64,000 nucleotides of DNA from contig JANYCI010000013.1 in assembly GCA_025360325.1 (NCBI GenBank), positions 13,544 to 77,543 on the forward strand. The letters are read 5' to 3'. This document shows, piece by piece, positions 45,741-56,289 of the stretch (position 1 is its first letter; every line of letters starts with the position of its first letter). The position numbers and the translations under genes were made by a program. This DNA is from Limisphaerales bacterium (GTDB taxonomy: Bacteria > Verrucomicrobiota > Verrucomicrobiia > Limisphaerales > UBA11358). The notes below the pieces were generated by a model, which worked only from the letters and a program-made list of their open reading frames with translations, searched no databases and was not told the DNA's origin.

Positions 45741-48700
45741 TTGCCGCGCGCGGCCTTGTTTTTACCTTTGTTGGCAGACATGAGCGCGGCTTCGCAAGAT
45801 TTCACGCTCAACAACAGCAACATTCTTGGTGCCAATCAAATTTGGAATGTGGCCGCCGGTCGAATCCTTTCCGTTGCCAACGCCGGTCATCCGGGATTGA
45901 TCAAAGGCACGGCGAGCCTGACGAAAAATGGCAACGGCACTTTGTTATTGCGCGGGTTGAACAGCTATAGTGGCGGAACGATTGTGAACGGCGGCATTTT
46001 GCAGATTAACAACGGAACGACCGGCACGGGCACCAGCGGCACCAACAGCGCCGGCATCGGCGGCATGACCCTCAACAACGGCACCACGCTGCAATATGTC
46101 GCCGCCGTGAACATGGGCAATACGCTCACGGTCAATGGCACCGTATTCGTGGATATGAATTTAATTGGCGGCAGCACGCTGGCGAATGGGTCATGGATTA
46201 GCAGCGGCGGCACGGTGATCATCACGAACGCCATTTCCGGCACCACCTTCACCATCGGCGGCAACGGTGTCGGCGGTGGAAACATGAACAACTTTACTGG
46301 CGCAGTCGTGATGGCCAGCGTGACCAGTCAAGGGGTTCCGCTGACAAACAGTTTGCGGCTCAATGATAGCGGCGGAAACAACAACGTCGGCAATGCCAAT
46401 GCCTCCTTTGATCTTGGAAACGGCGTGGTCAACCTGACCGCGCGAAATCGCTCCGGCAGCACGATCAGTTTGGGCGCATTGAGCGGCGGTTCGAGCACTC
46501 TCGTGAAAATTGGCAGCAGCGGCAGTGCCGGCACCACTTACTCGGTTGGCGGACTGAATACCTCAACCACCTTCAACGGAATTTTTGATGGCACGGGAAC
46601 GACCGCCGGAATGTTTCTGGCGCTGACCAAAGTCGGCAGTGGTGTTTTCACGCTTACCGGAACCAATACCTATAATGGGACGACGGCGATCAACGCGGGG
46701 GCGTTGCAGGTTGGCAATGGCGGCACTTCCGGCCAGCTGGGAACTGGCGGCGTGGTCAATAATGCAACGTTGATCTTCAACCGCGCCGATGATGCTGCGG
46801 TCGGAAATGCCATCAGCGGTTCGGGAACCGTAATCAAAACTAACGTGAATACTTTGACCTTGAATGGCACCAACAGCTCCTCGGGCGCGACAGTCATCAG
46901 CCAAGGCACTTTAGCTCTTGGGGTTTCTGGGTTGATGTCTTGCCCGGTCTTCGTCGCCAGTGGTGCGAGGTTTGACATCTCGCAAAATCCCGCCTTCACC
47001 TTGAATCAGATTTTATCCGGCTTCGGCACGGTGACGGGATTGGTGACAGCGGTGGGCGGAACCATCAGTCCCGGAGGCAGCGGTGCGGCGGGCACGCTGA
47101 ATTTTTCAAACAACGTTACGGAAACGGGCAACGTCAATCATCAATTTGAATTGTCCAGCGTCGGCGGCACTAACGATCTCATCAACATCGTCGGCGACCT
47201 CACCGTTACGGGCACAAATATCATCAGCTTGAGTCATTTTGGCGGCGGAACGATTCCGAACGGCACTTACACGTTGTTCACCTACAGCGGCAATCTCAAT
47301 GGCGGCGTCACTAACTTTTCGGCCAGCGGCGTCGGCAACATCGCAGTGGTGACCAATGATGTGGCGAATCAAATCCGCGTGGTCATCACCCAGACTCCGC
47401 GTGGGGCAACAAATTTATCCTGGGTGGGTGATGGCGGCGCGAATAACTGGGCGGTTGGTGTCAGCAACTGGATCAGTGGAGCGACCTCCTTTGCCTTTCA
47501 GACCGGCGACAGCGTGCGCTTCGATGCAGCCGGCGTCGCGAATCCAACGGTGAATTTGAACGTCTCGGTCTCGCCGACCGCAGTGGTGGTGAGCAATACG
47601 ACGGCCTACACCATCACTGGTGGCGGCAACATTGCCGGGTTGACTGGATTGATTAAAACCAACTCCGGAACTTTAACCGTGCTGACAACCAACAGTTACT
47701 CCGGCCCGACGATCATTGGCGGCGGAACGCTCGTGGTCTCATCGGTCGCCAATGCCGGTTCGCCTTCGGGAATCGGTGCGGCCAGCAGCAACCCGACCAA
47801 TCTGGTGTTCTTTGGAACGACCTTGAACTACAACGGCGCAGACAGCGCCACTGACCGGGGTGCAACTTTGAATGGAACCGGCGGCATTATTGGCGTAGTG
47901 CCGGGAGTCACGCTTGAGCTGGACGGTGCCCTTACCGGTCTCGGTGCGCTGATAAAATCGGATACCGGCAATTTGACCATCAATAACAGCGTGCTTCCAA
48001 ACACCTACAGTGGCGGCACGATTATCAGCAACGGCGTGCTCGTGCTCGGCGGCAACAATGCCAACAGTTCCGGGCTGGGCACTAACTCGGTGACTTTCTA
48101 TGGCGGCACGCTCCAATTGTTTGGCTATAATGGCAGCACCGCCAACAACTACCTTTCGCCGCAAAACCTTTTGGTGGTGCCAGCGGGCCAATCGGGAACC
48201 GTGCAGATGTTTCCGCGCGGGCCTAATAACGCTTCCGGGCTGGCCAGCAAACTGGTTGGCGCAGGCACCATGAACTTGGTGGTGAATTATGTTCGCGATA
48301 ACATGGGCGGTGACTGGTCCGCCTTCACCGGCTTGATCAACGTGACCGGAAAAAATATTTCCGGTGATGAATTCCGCATTGATAATGCCGCTGGTTTCTC
48401 GAATGCCGTCATCTACCTGAACAGCGGTGTGATAATGGATCGCGCCAATACGGCGAATGCCACGATTGATATCGGCGAGCTGGCCGGGATCAATGGAGCC
48501 ATCATCGGACCAGGCACCGGCAGTGCCGCCAATCCCACCTGGCGCGTGGGCTGGAAGAACACCACCAGCTCCTTCGCTGGAACCATTGCCAATGATGGGA
48601 CGGCTTCTTCTATCACCAAAGTCGGCACTGGCAAATGGATTTTGTCGGGACAAAATACTTACAGCGGTTCCACCATCGTGAGCAATGGGGTGCTGGCGCT

Positions 48701-49448
48701 CGTGAATGATCCGGTGTCGTTGACGGATGGTTCCATCGGAAGCAGCGCGAACATCTTGATCAAATCCGGGGCGTTCTTGGATGTCATTGGCCGCAGCAAC
48801 GGGACGATGCCGCTGAATTCCGGTCAAGTCATCGGCGGCGAGGGAACCCTTCGCGGCATTCTTGACACCACAGCGGGTGGCACGGTTTCGCCCGGCGGCG
48901 GCATCAGTGGTGCGGTTGGCACATTGACGGTAACTAATTCCGTCAATCTCGGCGGCACGGCGTGGATGAAACTGAATCGTGGTGCCAGCCCGAACAGTGA
49001 CAAACTGTCCGCTCCACACATCGCCCTCGGCGGCGCGCTGTTGGTGACAAACATTGGTGCGGCGCTGCACGTCGGCGACAGTTTCACCCTGTTCAATGGC
49101 ACTTTGTCAGGAACGTTCAATGGCAATGTGACGTTGCCCAACGGTTACACTTGGAATACCAACTCGCTCGAAACGAGTGGAACTATTTCCGTGACCGCCG
49201 TCGCCGCCCCGCCGGTCATCAGCAGTGTGGACTATAGCCAATTGTCCAGCGGTATGCTGGCGTTCAATGCCACCGGCGGCGCACCGGGCGGCGCGTTTTC
49301 CATCCTGACCAGCACGAACCTCTCGTTGCCGCTGTCAAGTTGGACCACGGCGGCGACCGGTAATTTTGATGGCAGCGGCAATCTCACCGCCTTTTCCGTG
49401 ACGGTGAATCCGGCATTGCCGCAAAGTTTCTTCATACTAGCTCAATGA
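45741..49448 (+). CDS. autotransporter-associated beta-strand repeat (PATR) giant protein with the shared C-terminal tail
   Basis: Dozens of ~30-aa units, e.g. [30 protein letters not shown] and [33 protein letters not shown] start 45741. The signal peptide is weak ([18 protein letters not shown]). Confidence 0.85.
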   Translation: MPRAALFLPLLADMSAASQDFTLNNSNILGANQIWNVAAGRILSVANAGHPGLIKGTASLTKNGNGTLLLRGLNSYSGGTIVNGGILQINNGTTGTGTSGTNSAGIGGMTLNNGTTLQYVAAVNMGNTLTVNGTVFVDMNLIGGSTLANGSWISSGGTVIITNAISGTTFTIGGNGVGGGNMNNFTGAVVMASVTSQGVPLTNSLRLNDSGGNNNVGNANASFDLGNGVVNLTARNRSGSTISLGALSGGSSTLVKIGSSGSAGTTYSVGGLNTSTTFNGIFDGTGTTAGMFLALTKVGSGVFTLTGTNTYNGTTAINAGALQVGNGGTSGQLGTGGVVNNATLIFNRADDAAVGNAISGSGTVIKTNVNTLTLNGTNSSSGATVISQGTLALGVSGLMSCPVFVASGARFDISQNPAFTLNQILSGFGTVTGLVTAVGGTISPGGSGAAGTLNFSNNVTETGNVNHQFELSSVGGTNDLINIVGDLTVTGTNIISLSHFGGGTIPNGTYTLFTYSGNLNGGVTNFSASGVGNIAVVTNDVANQIRVVITQTPRGATNLSWVGDGGANNWAVGVSNWISGATSFAFQTGDSVRFDAAGVANPTVNLNVSVSPTAVVVSNTTAYTITGGGNIAGLTGLIKTNSGTLTVLTTNSYSGPTIIGGGTLVVSSVANAGSPSGIGAASSNPTNLVFFGTTLNYNGADSATDRGATLNGTGGIIGVVPGVTLELDGALTGLGALIKSDTGNLTINNSVLPNTYSGGTIISNGVLVLGGNNANSSGLGTNSVTFYGGTLQLFGYNGSTANNYLSPQNLLVVPAGQSGTVQMFPRGPNNASGLASKLVGAGTMNLVVNYVRDNMGGDWSAFTGLINVTGKNISGDEFRIDNAAGFSNAVIYLNSGVIMDRANTANATIDIGELAGINGAIIGPGTGSAANPTWRVGWKNTTSSFAGTIANDGTASSITKVGTGKWILSGQNTYSGSTIVSNGVLALVNDPVSLTDGSIGSSANILIKSGAFLDVIGRSNGTMPLNSGQVIGGEGTLRGILDTTAGGTVSPGGGISGAVGTLTVTNSVNLGGTAWMKLNRGASPNSDKLSAPHIALGGALLVTNIGAALHVGDSFTLFNGTLSGTFNGNVTLPNGYTWNTNSLETSGTISVTAVAAPPVISSVDYSQLSSGMLAFNATGGAPGGAFSILTSTNLSLPLSSWTTAATGNFDGSGNLTAFSVTVNPALPQSFFILAQ

Positions 49449-49456
49449 TGCGGGAG

Positions 49457-49490
49457 AAAAAAACGCCCCGCGCACACCGGGGCGTTTTTA
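49457..49490 (+). terminator. rho-independent terminator after the PATR gene
   Basis: aaaaacgccccg-cgcacac-cggggcgttttt: a perfect stem followed by a T-run, 10 nt after the stop at 49448. Confidence 0.85.
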
Positions 49491-49527
49491 CTGTCAGATA
49501 ACATTCAATCGCGAAAAAGCAGTTGCC

Positions 49528-50307
49528 ATGAAAACAAAAAAACCGGCGGGATTCACGTTGATTGAATTGCTTGTGGTGATCGCCATCATTGCGATTCTTG
49601 CGGCCATGCTTTTGCCTGCGTTGTCGAAAGCCAAGAGCAAGGCATTGCAAACATCCTGCCTAAGCAACCTGAAGCAGATGCAGCTCTGCTGGCACATGTA
49701 TGCGGATGACTACAACGATGTCATGGCGTTGAATCCTAAAAATTCCACGACGAATGCGTGGATTTTGGGAAGTATGCAGAATGCTGCGGACGCGGTGAAT
49801 CTCACGCTGCTGCAAAACGGACAATTATATTCCTACAACAAAAGCACGGGCATTTATCGCTGCCCGGCAGACATCAAGGCTGCGCCGGGAGGCATAGCAT
49901 TTCGCGTCCGCAGTTATGCTATGAATTGCTACATGAGCGGAGAGGATGTCGGCGGGACTCACTACAGTTTGACCGGTTATCATGTGAACAAAAAAACGTC
50001 CCAAATCACCACGCCCAAACCGTCCCAGGCGTTTGTGTTTGTTGAGGAGGCGGAATTTTCCATTGATGACGGACACTTTGGTTTTACTCCCGATGGTTCG
50101 CCCGGACAGGGACCGATCAATGTCTGGCTGAACATTCCCGGGCTCTGGCATCACGGCGCGAATTTTTCCTTCGCGGATGGCCATGTGGCTTTCACCAAAT
50201 GGGTCGAAGGTTCAACGCTGGCGCTCAACACCATCACGTCGTCAGACCAATCAACCGCCCACACGGACTTGCGCAATGTGCAATCCATTCTCGCGACGAA
50301 AAATTGA
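49528..50307 (+). CDS. prepilin-type N-terminal methylation domain protein, H-X9-DG-like pseudopilin
   Basis: [31 protein letters not shown]-terminal [13 protein letters not shown] (H-X8/9-DG). Confidence 0.88.
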   Translation: MKTKKPAGFTLIELLVVIAIIAILAAMLLPALSKAKSKALQTSCLSNLKQMQLCWHMYADDYNDVMALNPKNSTTNAWILGSMQNAADAVNLTLLQNGQLYSYNKSTGIYRCPADIKAAPGGIAFRVRSYAMNCYMSGEDVGGTHYSLTGYHVNKKTSQITTPKPSQAFVFVEEAEFSIDDGHFGFTPDGSPGQGPINVWLNIPGLWHHGANFSFADGHVAFTKWVEGSTLALNTITSSDQSTAHTDLRNVQSILATKN

Positions 50308-50316
50308 CAGTGACGT

Positions 50317-51177
50317 ATGAAAAGTAAAAAGCCGGAGGCATTCACCCTGATCGAACTCCTCGTCGTCATCGCCATCATCGCGATTCTGGCGGCGATGCTG
50401 CTGCCGGCATTGGCGCGTGCCAAGAGCCGCGCCATCACCGCCCGCTGCATCGGCAACATGCACCAGATTTCTACTGGCTGCGCGATTTACTCGACGGATT
50501 ACAACGACTGGTATCCAGTGTGGTCGGATCATCTGTCCAATCCCGGCGGCCATCCGCTGAATGAAATTCACAGTCAAGGCTACGCCTACTGGCTGGTCGG
50601 CCCCAAGACTGTTCCGACCGGCGTTACGATTTCGCAAAACGCGGACAAGAGCGTTTATGATTTCCAAAACCTCGGTCTGCTCTATTCCGGGAATCTGGCG
50701 GGCGACGGCCACATTCTTTACGACCCGGCTTTTAATGCAGCCAATTCCACGAGCCTGCCGGACATCAACACCTACTCGAAGCCATCTTTTCTTTCGCCGG
50801 ATGCTGGCGGCCAGGTTTATTCCAGCTACCTGTTCAATCCGCGTATCGTGAATGCCGCCGGTTATCTGGCCGGCAATCCAAAAGATCCCGCCACGCTGCG
50901 GCTTATGCCCAAGCAAAGCAAGGCGCAGCACAAACTGTTCATGGTGGATTATGTGCAAACGCCCGATCTCGGCGTGCCGCCAACCTTCAGCGCCACATCT
51001 TTTGCCCATCATCCATCCAAGGGCTTCAGTGTTCTCTTTGGTGATGGCGCGGCCAAATTTATTTCCAGCCAGTCCGCTTTGAAGATAGTTCTCTCCGGCA
51101 CCTTCACCACTGTCCAAACGGTTCAGTCTTGCACGGATTATGACAAGCTGTTCGACGCGCTTGAAGCCAGCGAGTGA
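50317..51177 (+). CDS. prepilin-type N-terminal methylation domain protein (divergent H-X9-DG-like pseudopilin)
   Basis: [31 protein letters not shown]-terminal [14 protein letters not shown]. It starts 9 nt after the previous pseudopilin gene. Confidence 0.85.
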   Translation: MKSKKPEAFTLIELLVVIAIIAILAAMLLPALARAKSRAITARCIGNMHQISTGCAIYSTDYNDWYPVWSDHLSNPGGHPLNEIHSQGYAYWLVGPKTVPTGVTISQNADKSVYDFQNLGLLYSGNLAGDGHILYDPAFNAANSTSLPDINTYSKPSFLSPDAGGQVYSSYLFNPRIVNAAGYLAGNPKDPATLRLMPKQSKAQHKLFMVDYVQTPDLGVPPTFSATSFAHHPSKGFSVLFGDGAAKFISSQSALKIVLSGTFTTVQTVQSCTDYDKLFDALEASE

Positions 51178-51295
51178 TGTAGGGAGACGAACGGTTTCAG
51201 GATTTTGGAAGCCACATCTGGGCATACACGGATTAGCGGTGAAAGTGCATCACCGATTTCGGTATCTATGAATCCGAGGCGTATCTTGCGGGCAG

Positions 51296-52155
51296 CATCA
51301 CGGATTACGAGCGCCGCAGCCGCGTGCCAAAGGCTTTGACGACTCCGCTTGGAAGCAGGTCAATCTGCCGCACGACTGGGCGGTGGAGCAGCCGTTCGAT
51401 GAGAAGGCGAAACATCTCTCAAGGCTATCGCGCGCATTGCACGGTCTGGGTCAACAGCCTCCTCGCGGCGCGCAACTGGTGCGGCTACACGGCGGTCTAT
51501 ATGGACATCACGCCGTTCGCCAAGTTTAGTTCGGACGTGAATGTCATCGCCGTGCAAGTGGATGCCGTCGCGCAGGAAGGTTGGTGGTATGAAGGCGCGG
51601 GTCTTTACCGCCACACTTGGCTGGTGAAACAAAATCTCATCCACATCGCGACCGACGGCGTGTTCGCCAATCCCGTCCACAATGCCGACGGCCAGTGGAC
51701 AATTCCCGTCGAAGTCACGCTCAACGGCAGCGACAAAGCGCCGGTGATTGTCGAAGTGGAATCTACGCTGATTGATCCGGCGGGCAAAACGGTTGTCAGT
51801 GCCACGACCAAGGCCACCGTTGCTCCGTTAAAACAATCCGTCGCCAAACTCACGCTCGCGGTGGCGTCGCCGAAACTATGGTCAGTGGATGAACCGACGC
51901 TGTATTCCCTCCGCACCGTCGTTAAGCGTGATGGCGCAGTCGCGAATGAAGTCACCACGCGCTGCGGCTTCCTCACGATTCGCTTTGACACTGACAAAGG
52001 ATTTCTCCTCAACGACCAGCCGCTCATGCTGCTGGGCACTTGCAATAATCCGCAATGTCACCGGCAAGGCGCAGGTCTGGGTTGACGGCAAGTTCGCCGG
52101 TGACCGGAGCACACCGGCACGCCACGACTTGATGCTTTACGAAATCGGTCTTTGA
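51296..52155 (+). pseudogene. decayed GH2 gene (frameshift, internal deletion, catalytic domain missing)
   Basis: Frame 1 reads KGFDDSAWKQVNLPHDWAVEQPFDEKA. The frame then changes to NISQGYRA|HCTVWVNS...GWWYEGAGLYRHTWLV...FLLNDQPLMLLGTCN, followed by a stop. Compared with the intact GH2 at 38268, the GWYR...FDGV block and the entire TIM-barrel are absent. Confidence 0.8.
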
Positions 52156-52187
52156 GCGCTGCGGTATAGGCTGACTGGAAATGATTC

Positions 52188-52847
52188 TTAACTTTGCGCG
52201 CTGCCGACATGGCGCAAATGAACCGTCACAGCTTCCGTGCGGGAGCGGACGTGTAATTTTTCATAAATGTGGCGGATGTGTGTGTGAACGGTGGCGTAGC
52301 TGATTTTTAGGGCGTCGGCGATCTCCTGGTAAGTGTGACCTTGAGCCAGCCAGTCAATCACCTGCTGCTCGCGCAGCGAAAGTTTCTGGTAATCCTGCGA
52401 TGGGTTGATGATTTTTTGGAAGGAGGCAACGACTTTGCGGGCGATGTGGCTGGTCATGGGCGAGCCGCCAGCGTGAACTTCGCGGATGGCTTCGATAATC
52501 TGTTCGGGTGAACTTTGCTTCAACAGGTAGCCGCTCGCGCCGGACGAGAGCGCGCTGAAAATGATGTTGGTGTTTTCATAAACGGTGAGCATCACGACTT
52601 GAATTTTCGGCAAAATTTCTTTAAGCCGGCGCACGCAATCCACGCCGTTCATGCCGGGGAGATTGATGTCCATCAGCACGACTTCCGGCTGGGAGACAGG
52701 AATCTCCTTCAGCGCATTTTCTGCGTCGGGATGCTGGCTCACACAGACAAAACCGGCCGCGGAATCCACCATCCGCGCGAGGCTGCCGCGGACTTTCACG
52801 TCGTCCTCGACGATGGAAACTTTTATGGCGTTTTTTTCATTCTTCAT
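52188..52847 (-). CDS. NarL/FixJ-type response regulator (REC + LuxR HTH)
   Basis: VSIVEDD, VVLMDINLPGMNG, LSLREQQVIDWLAQGHTYQEIADALKISYATVHTHIRHIYEKLHV. Confidence 0.92.
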   Translation of the reverse strand: MKNEKNAIKVSIVEDDVKVRGSLARMVDSAAGFVCVSQHPDAENALKEIPVSQPEVVLMDINLPGMNGVDCVRRLKEILPKIQVVMLTVYENTNIIFSALSSGASGYLLKQSSPEQIIEAIREVHAGGSPMTSHIARKVVASFQKIINPSQDYQKLSLREQQVIDWLAQGHTYQEIADALKISYATVHTHIRHIYEKLHVRSRTEAVTVHLRHVGSAQS

Positions 52848-52869
52848 AAATCTTTTATCTGTTCGGAAA

Positions 52870-55800
52870 TTATTTCAATTCCATCTGCCGGTGGCTGCCG
52901 GTCGGCACGGTCAGTTCCACCTGCGTGCCTTGGCCGGGCGCGCTGGTGATGACGAAGCTGCCGCCGATTTCTTCGAGCCGGCGGGCGAGGTTGCGCAGGC
53001 CGTGGCCGGAAGAAAGACGTTCCTGGTCCGGCGCGCTGCCATTGGAACGGCCGGGCGTGAAGCCGACGCCGTTGTCCTTGATAACGAAGACGAACGCGCC
53101 CGGCGGCAGCTTGAGTTGAAACGAAACCTCCGTCGCGCGCGAATGTTTCACGACGTTGTTCAACGTCTCCTTCACGGCGAGAAAAAGACTGTGGCGTGTC
53201 TCGGCGGACAAAGCGACGGCGGGCGGCTGCGGCGGCAAATCCAGCCGGCAGCGCAGGTTCGCCGCCGTGGAAAATTCCTGGAAAAATTTTCCCGCGTAGG
53301 TCACGAGGCCGTCCAGCGAGTCATTCTCCGGGTTGATGGCCCAGACGATTTCATCCATCGCGCGGACGAGAGTGCGCGCGGTTTCGGAAACCTGCGTCAA
53401 ATCCGTCTGCATTTGCTCCGGCGATTCGCGGCGCGCGAGCGAGCTTTGGAGCATGATTTGTGTCAGCCCCGCGCCGAGGTCGTCGTGGATGTCCTGGGCG
53501 ATGCGCTCGCGTTCACGTTCGATGGCGCGCTGCTGTTTGAGCCGCTCAAGTTTCCGGCGCAGGCTGCGCGTCGCCGCCTGCCGCACGCCGACGGCGACCG
53601 CGATGATGACGGCGACACCCGCGAGTGTGGCAAACCACCACGTCTGCCAGAAGAACGGCAGTTGTTTGAGGGCGAGGGTTGCGCCTTGCTCGTTCCACAC
53701 ACCGTCGTTGTTGCAGGCGATGACTTGAAATTGGTATTGGCCCGGCGGCAGCGGACCGTAGTGCGCGGCGCGTTTTGTGCCGGCCTCAACCCACGTGTTG
53801 TCAAAGCCTGCGAGCCGGTAGCGGAAGCGCACCTTGTCCGGCGCGGTAAAGCTCAAGGCGGTGAAAATGAAATCAAATTGATGGCCGCCCGGCGGAATTT
53901 TCACCGCGCCGACAGTCGGAACTTTTTTCCCGTCCACCAAAAGATTTTCCAGCGCGACCGGCGGCGGCAGGTGGTTGGGCCGCACTTCATCCGGGCTGAC
54001 GGCGACGACGCCCTTGGACGTGGCGAACCAAAGTTTGCCGTCGTGTGCGCGCCAGGCGGACGGCTGGTAGTTGCCGGAACATTCCAGTGTCGGCAGGCCG
54101 TCATACAAACCATAGGCGGTGCAGGGCAGCGATGGGATTTTCCCGCTGTCAAGCGCGGTGAACGAGTCTTTTGGCAGATAAAAAATTCCCTTGTGCGAGC
54201 CGAACCATAATTTGCCGAGGCCGTCGTCAAGAATCTGGCAGATGACATCGCTGGGCAGCCCGTCGCGTGAACTGTAGCGGGTGAATTTTCCGTCCTTGAA
54301 ACGCAACAGCCCGCCGCGAAAAGTTCCGGCCCAAATCGCCCCGTCGTCGTCCGGTAGCAGCGACCAGATGGCTTGGTTCTCCGCGACGCTGTCCGGCTTG
54401 AAGGCGGTGAAATTTCCGTCAGCGAATTTGTAAAGCACGCCGCCGCCCGTGCCGATCCAAAGGTTGCCCTGCCGGTCTTCGGTGAGCGCGCGAACATCCG
54501 TGCGTGCGAAGCCGTTCCACTGGCCGTAATTCACCGCGACGCCGTTGGTCAGGCAGGTCAGTTGCGTCTGCCGTCCGAACCAGCTGCGGCCACGGCTGCC
54601 GGCGAGGATGGATTTGATGCCGTGAATTGCATTTGTGCTGCGGACGATTCCATTGTTTTCCAAAACAAATAAATCCTCATGGTCGGCGCTCAACCACAGC
54701 CGGCCCTGCGCGTCCGGGCTGGCGGAAAAAAACGCGTCGCGGTTCGTCGCGGCGGGCAGCGCGAAATGTTCAAGCACGCCGTCGCGCCAGCGGTCGAGGC
54801 CGGCGCTGAGAGTTCCAATCCAGATGTTGCTGCGGGCGTCCTCGCAGACGGTGGCGACGGCGGAACCGGCGGCGAGGATTTGAAATTGTTTTTTCCGCAG
54901 GCGCACAAGACCGCCCCGGTCAATGCCCGCCCAGATGTTGCCTTCGCGGTCTTCAAACCAGCAGTTGACGCGGTTGCCGGGCAGCCCGTTGGCGGCGGAA
55001 ATTCTTTCAGTTTTTCCACCCGCGCTGGCATGAAACAATCCTTGCCCGAAACCGCGAATCCAAACATCGCCAGCGCGTTCCTGATAAGTGCCGATGTAAA
55101 TCGAGGCGGCTTGGAGCAGGTCGCTCCACGAATCCACCGTGGCAATCCACCGCCGGTTGACCGCGTGGCGAACTGTCCCGTTGGCGAACGCCCAGAAATC
55201 TTTTCCGGTCGTGCAAAGGAGCAGTGTGGTGTTGACCGCCGGTTCACCGTTCGTCGGGCTTTCGTCCTCAAAAAAATTTCCGTTCCAACGCGCGATTTTT
55301 TTTTTCCGTTCCGACCCACACTTGGCCGTCGCGGTCGGTGGCGAGGTAGTTCGCTTTCTCGCCGTCCAGCCCGGAGTGGTCGGGGATGGTGACGGCGTTA
55401 GTGCCAAGGATGCGGCCGACGGTGCCGCCGCGATATAGAAACCATGGCGTGCCACCCGCGTCCTGGCGGAAAGAGTTGCCCGTGATTTTTCCGTTCAGGC
55501 TGACGGACTGCCAATCGCCGGGCGGATTGGAATTTTCCGCACGATACAGGATGTTGCCACCCAGCGTCGCAAAAAAAACCTGGTTCGATCTGGAAAACAG
55601 CGCAGACACCTGGCCGCCCTGCCATTCGTGGGTGAAGACACCGTTCCGCAGCGCCGTCAGCGATCCGTCGTAGTCGTTGATCCAGAGCGTGCCGTGTGCG
55701 TCGGTGAAGAGGGCCACGATGCGCGCGTGCTTGAGCGCGGGCGTGTTGAGCGGATCAAAGGTGACGAACCGCACACCGTCGAACCGCACCAAGCCGTTGT

Positions 55801-56005
55801 AAGTGCCGATCCAAAGATAGCCGTCCGGCGTCTGCGTGATGGCGCTCACGGAACTGTCCGGGAGGTCGTTGTCGCTCGTCCAGAGATCAATCAAGTAGTC
55901 GGATGACTCCGCGCCCGCGCCGCGCCATCCGGCCAGCAACATCAAGGCGATGATGACGGGCGAGAAAATTTTTCGGCGCAGCGGGAACACGCAGTGAAAT
56001 TGCAT
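52870..56005 (-). CDS. beta-propeller (Reg_prop/Y_Y_Y-type) sensor histidine kinase, HisKA_3 class; reading frame broken at a 10-nt homopolymer
   Basis: Two ORFs (55268..56077 and 52870..55455) overlap at T10 55296..55305. There are repeated LWIGT/IWAGT propeller motifs, a TM segment WWFATLAGVAVIIAVAVGV, H-box IAQDIHDDLG, and HATPase GHGLRNLARRLEEIGG. Confidence 0.85.
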
Positions 56006-56289
56006 CACGCAAAATTCAAAGACAAGATTCAATGCGCCGCACGCGCAAAAGTTTTTACGGCTCGTCGCCATCAACACAATTGGCGATGCCCCCGCTGGAA
56101 GTAACCATCACTGGCGATTTTCAATCCTGCGTCCGCTGGTAAGTTGATCGGCATAAACACCCGTTCAATCAGCCATGCTGTCATCCAGCCGCTTGTGCCA
56201 GCCGCACGCGGTTTGTCTTGCACGGGCTGATTAACGCCTGTCGCAAAGCATCATCAACCCCGTCACAAAACCAACCGACCCATACAAAA

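Noticed and set aside
52651-54210. 519-aa plus-strand ORF
   Set aside because: It is antisense to the histidine kinase and response regulator genes, and its R/A/G-rich composition marks it as a shadow ORF.
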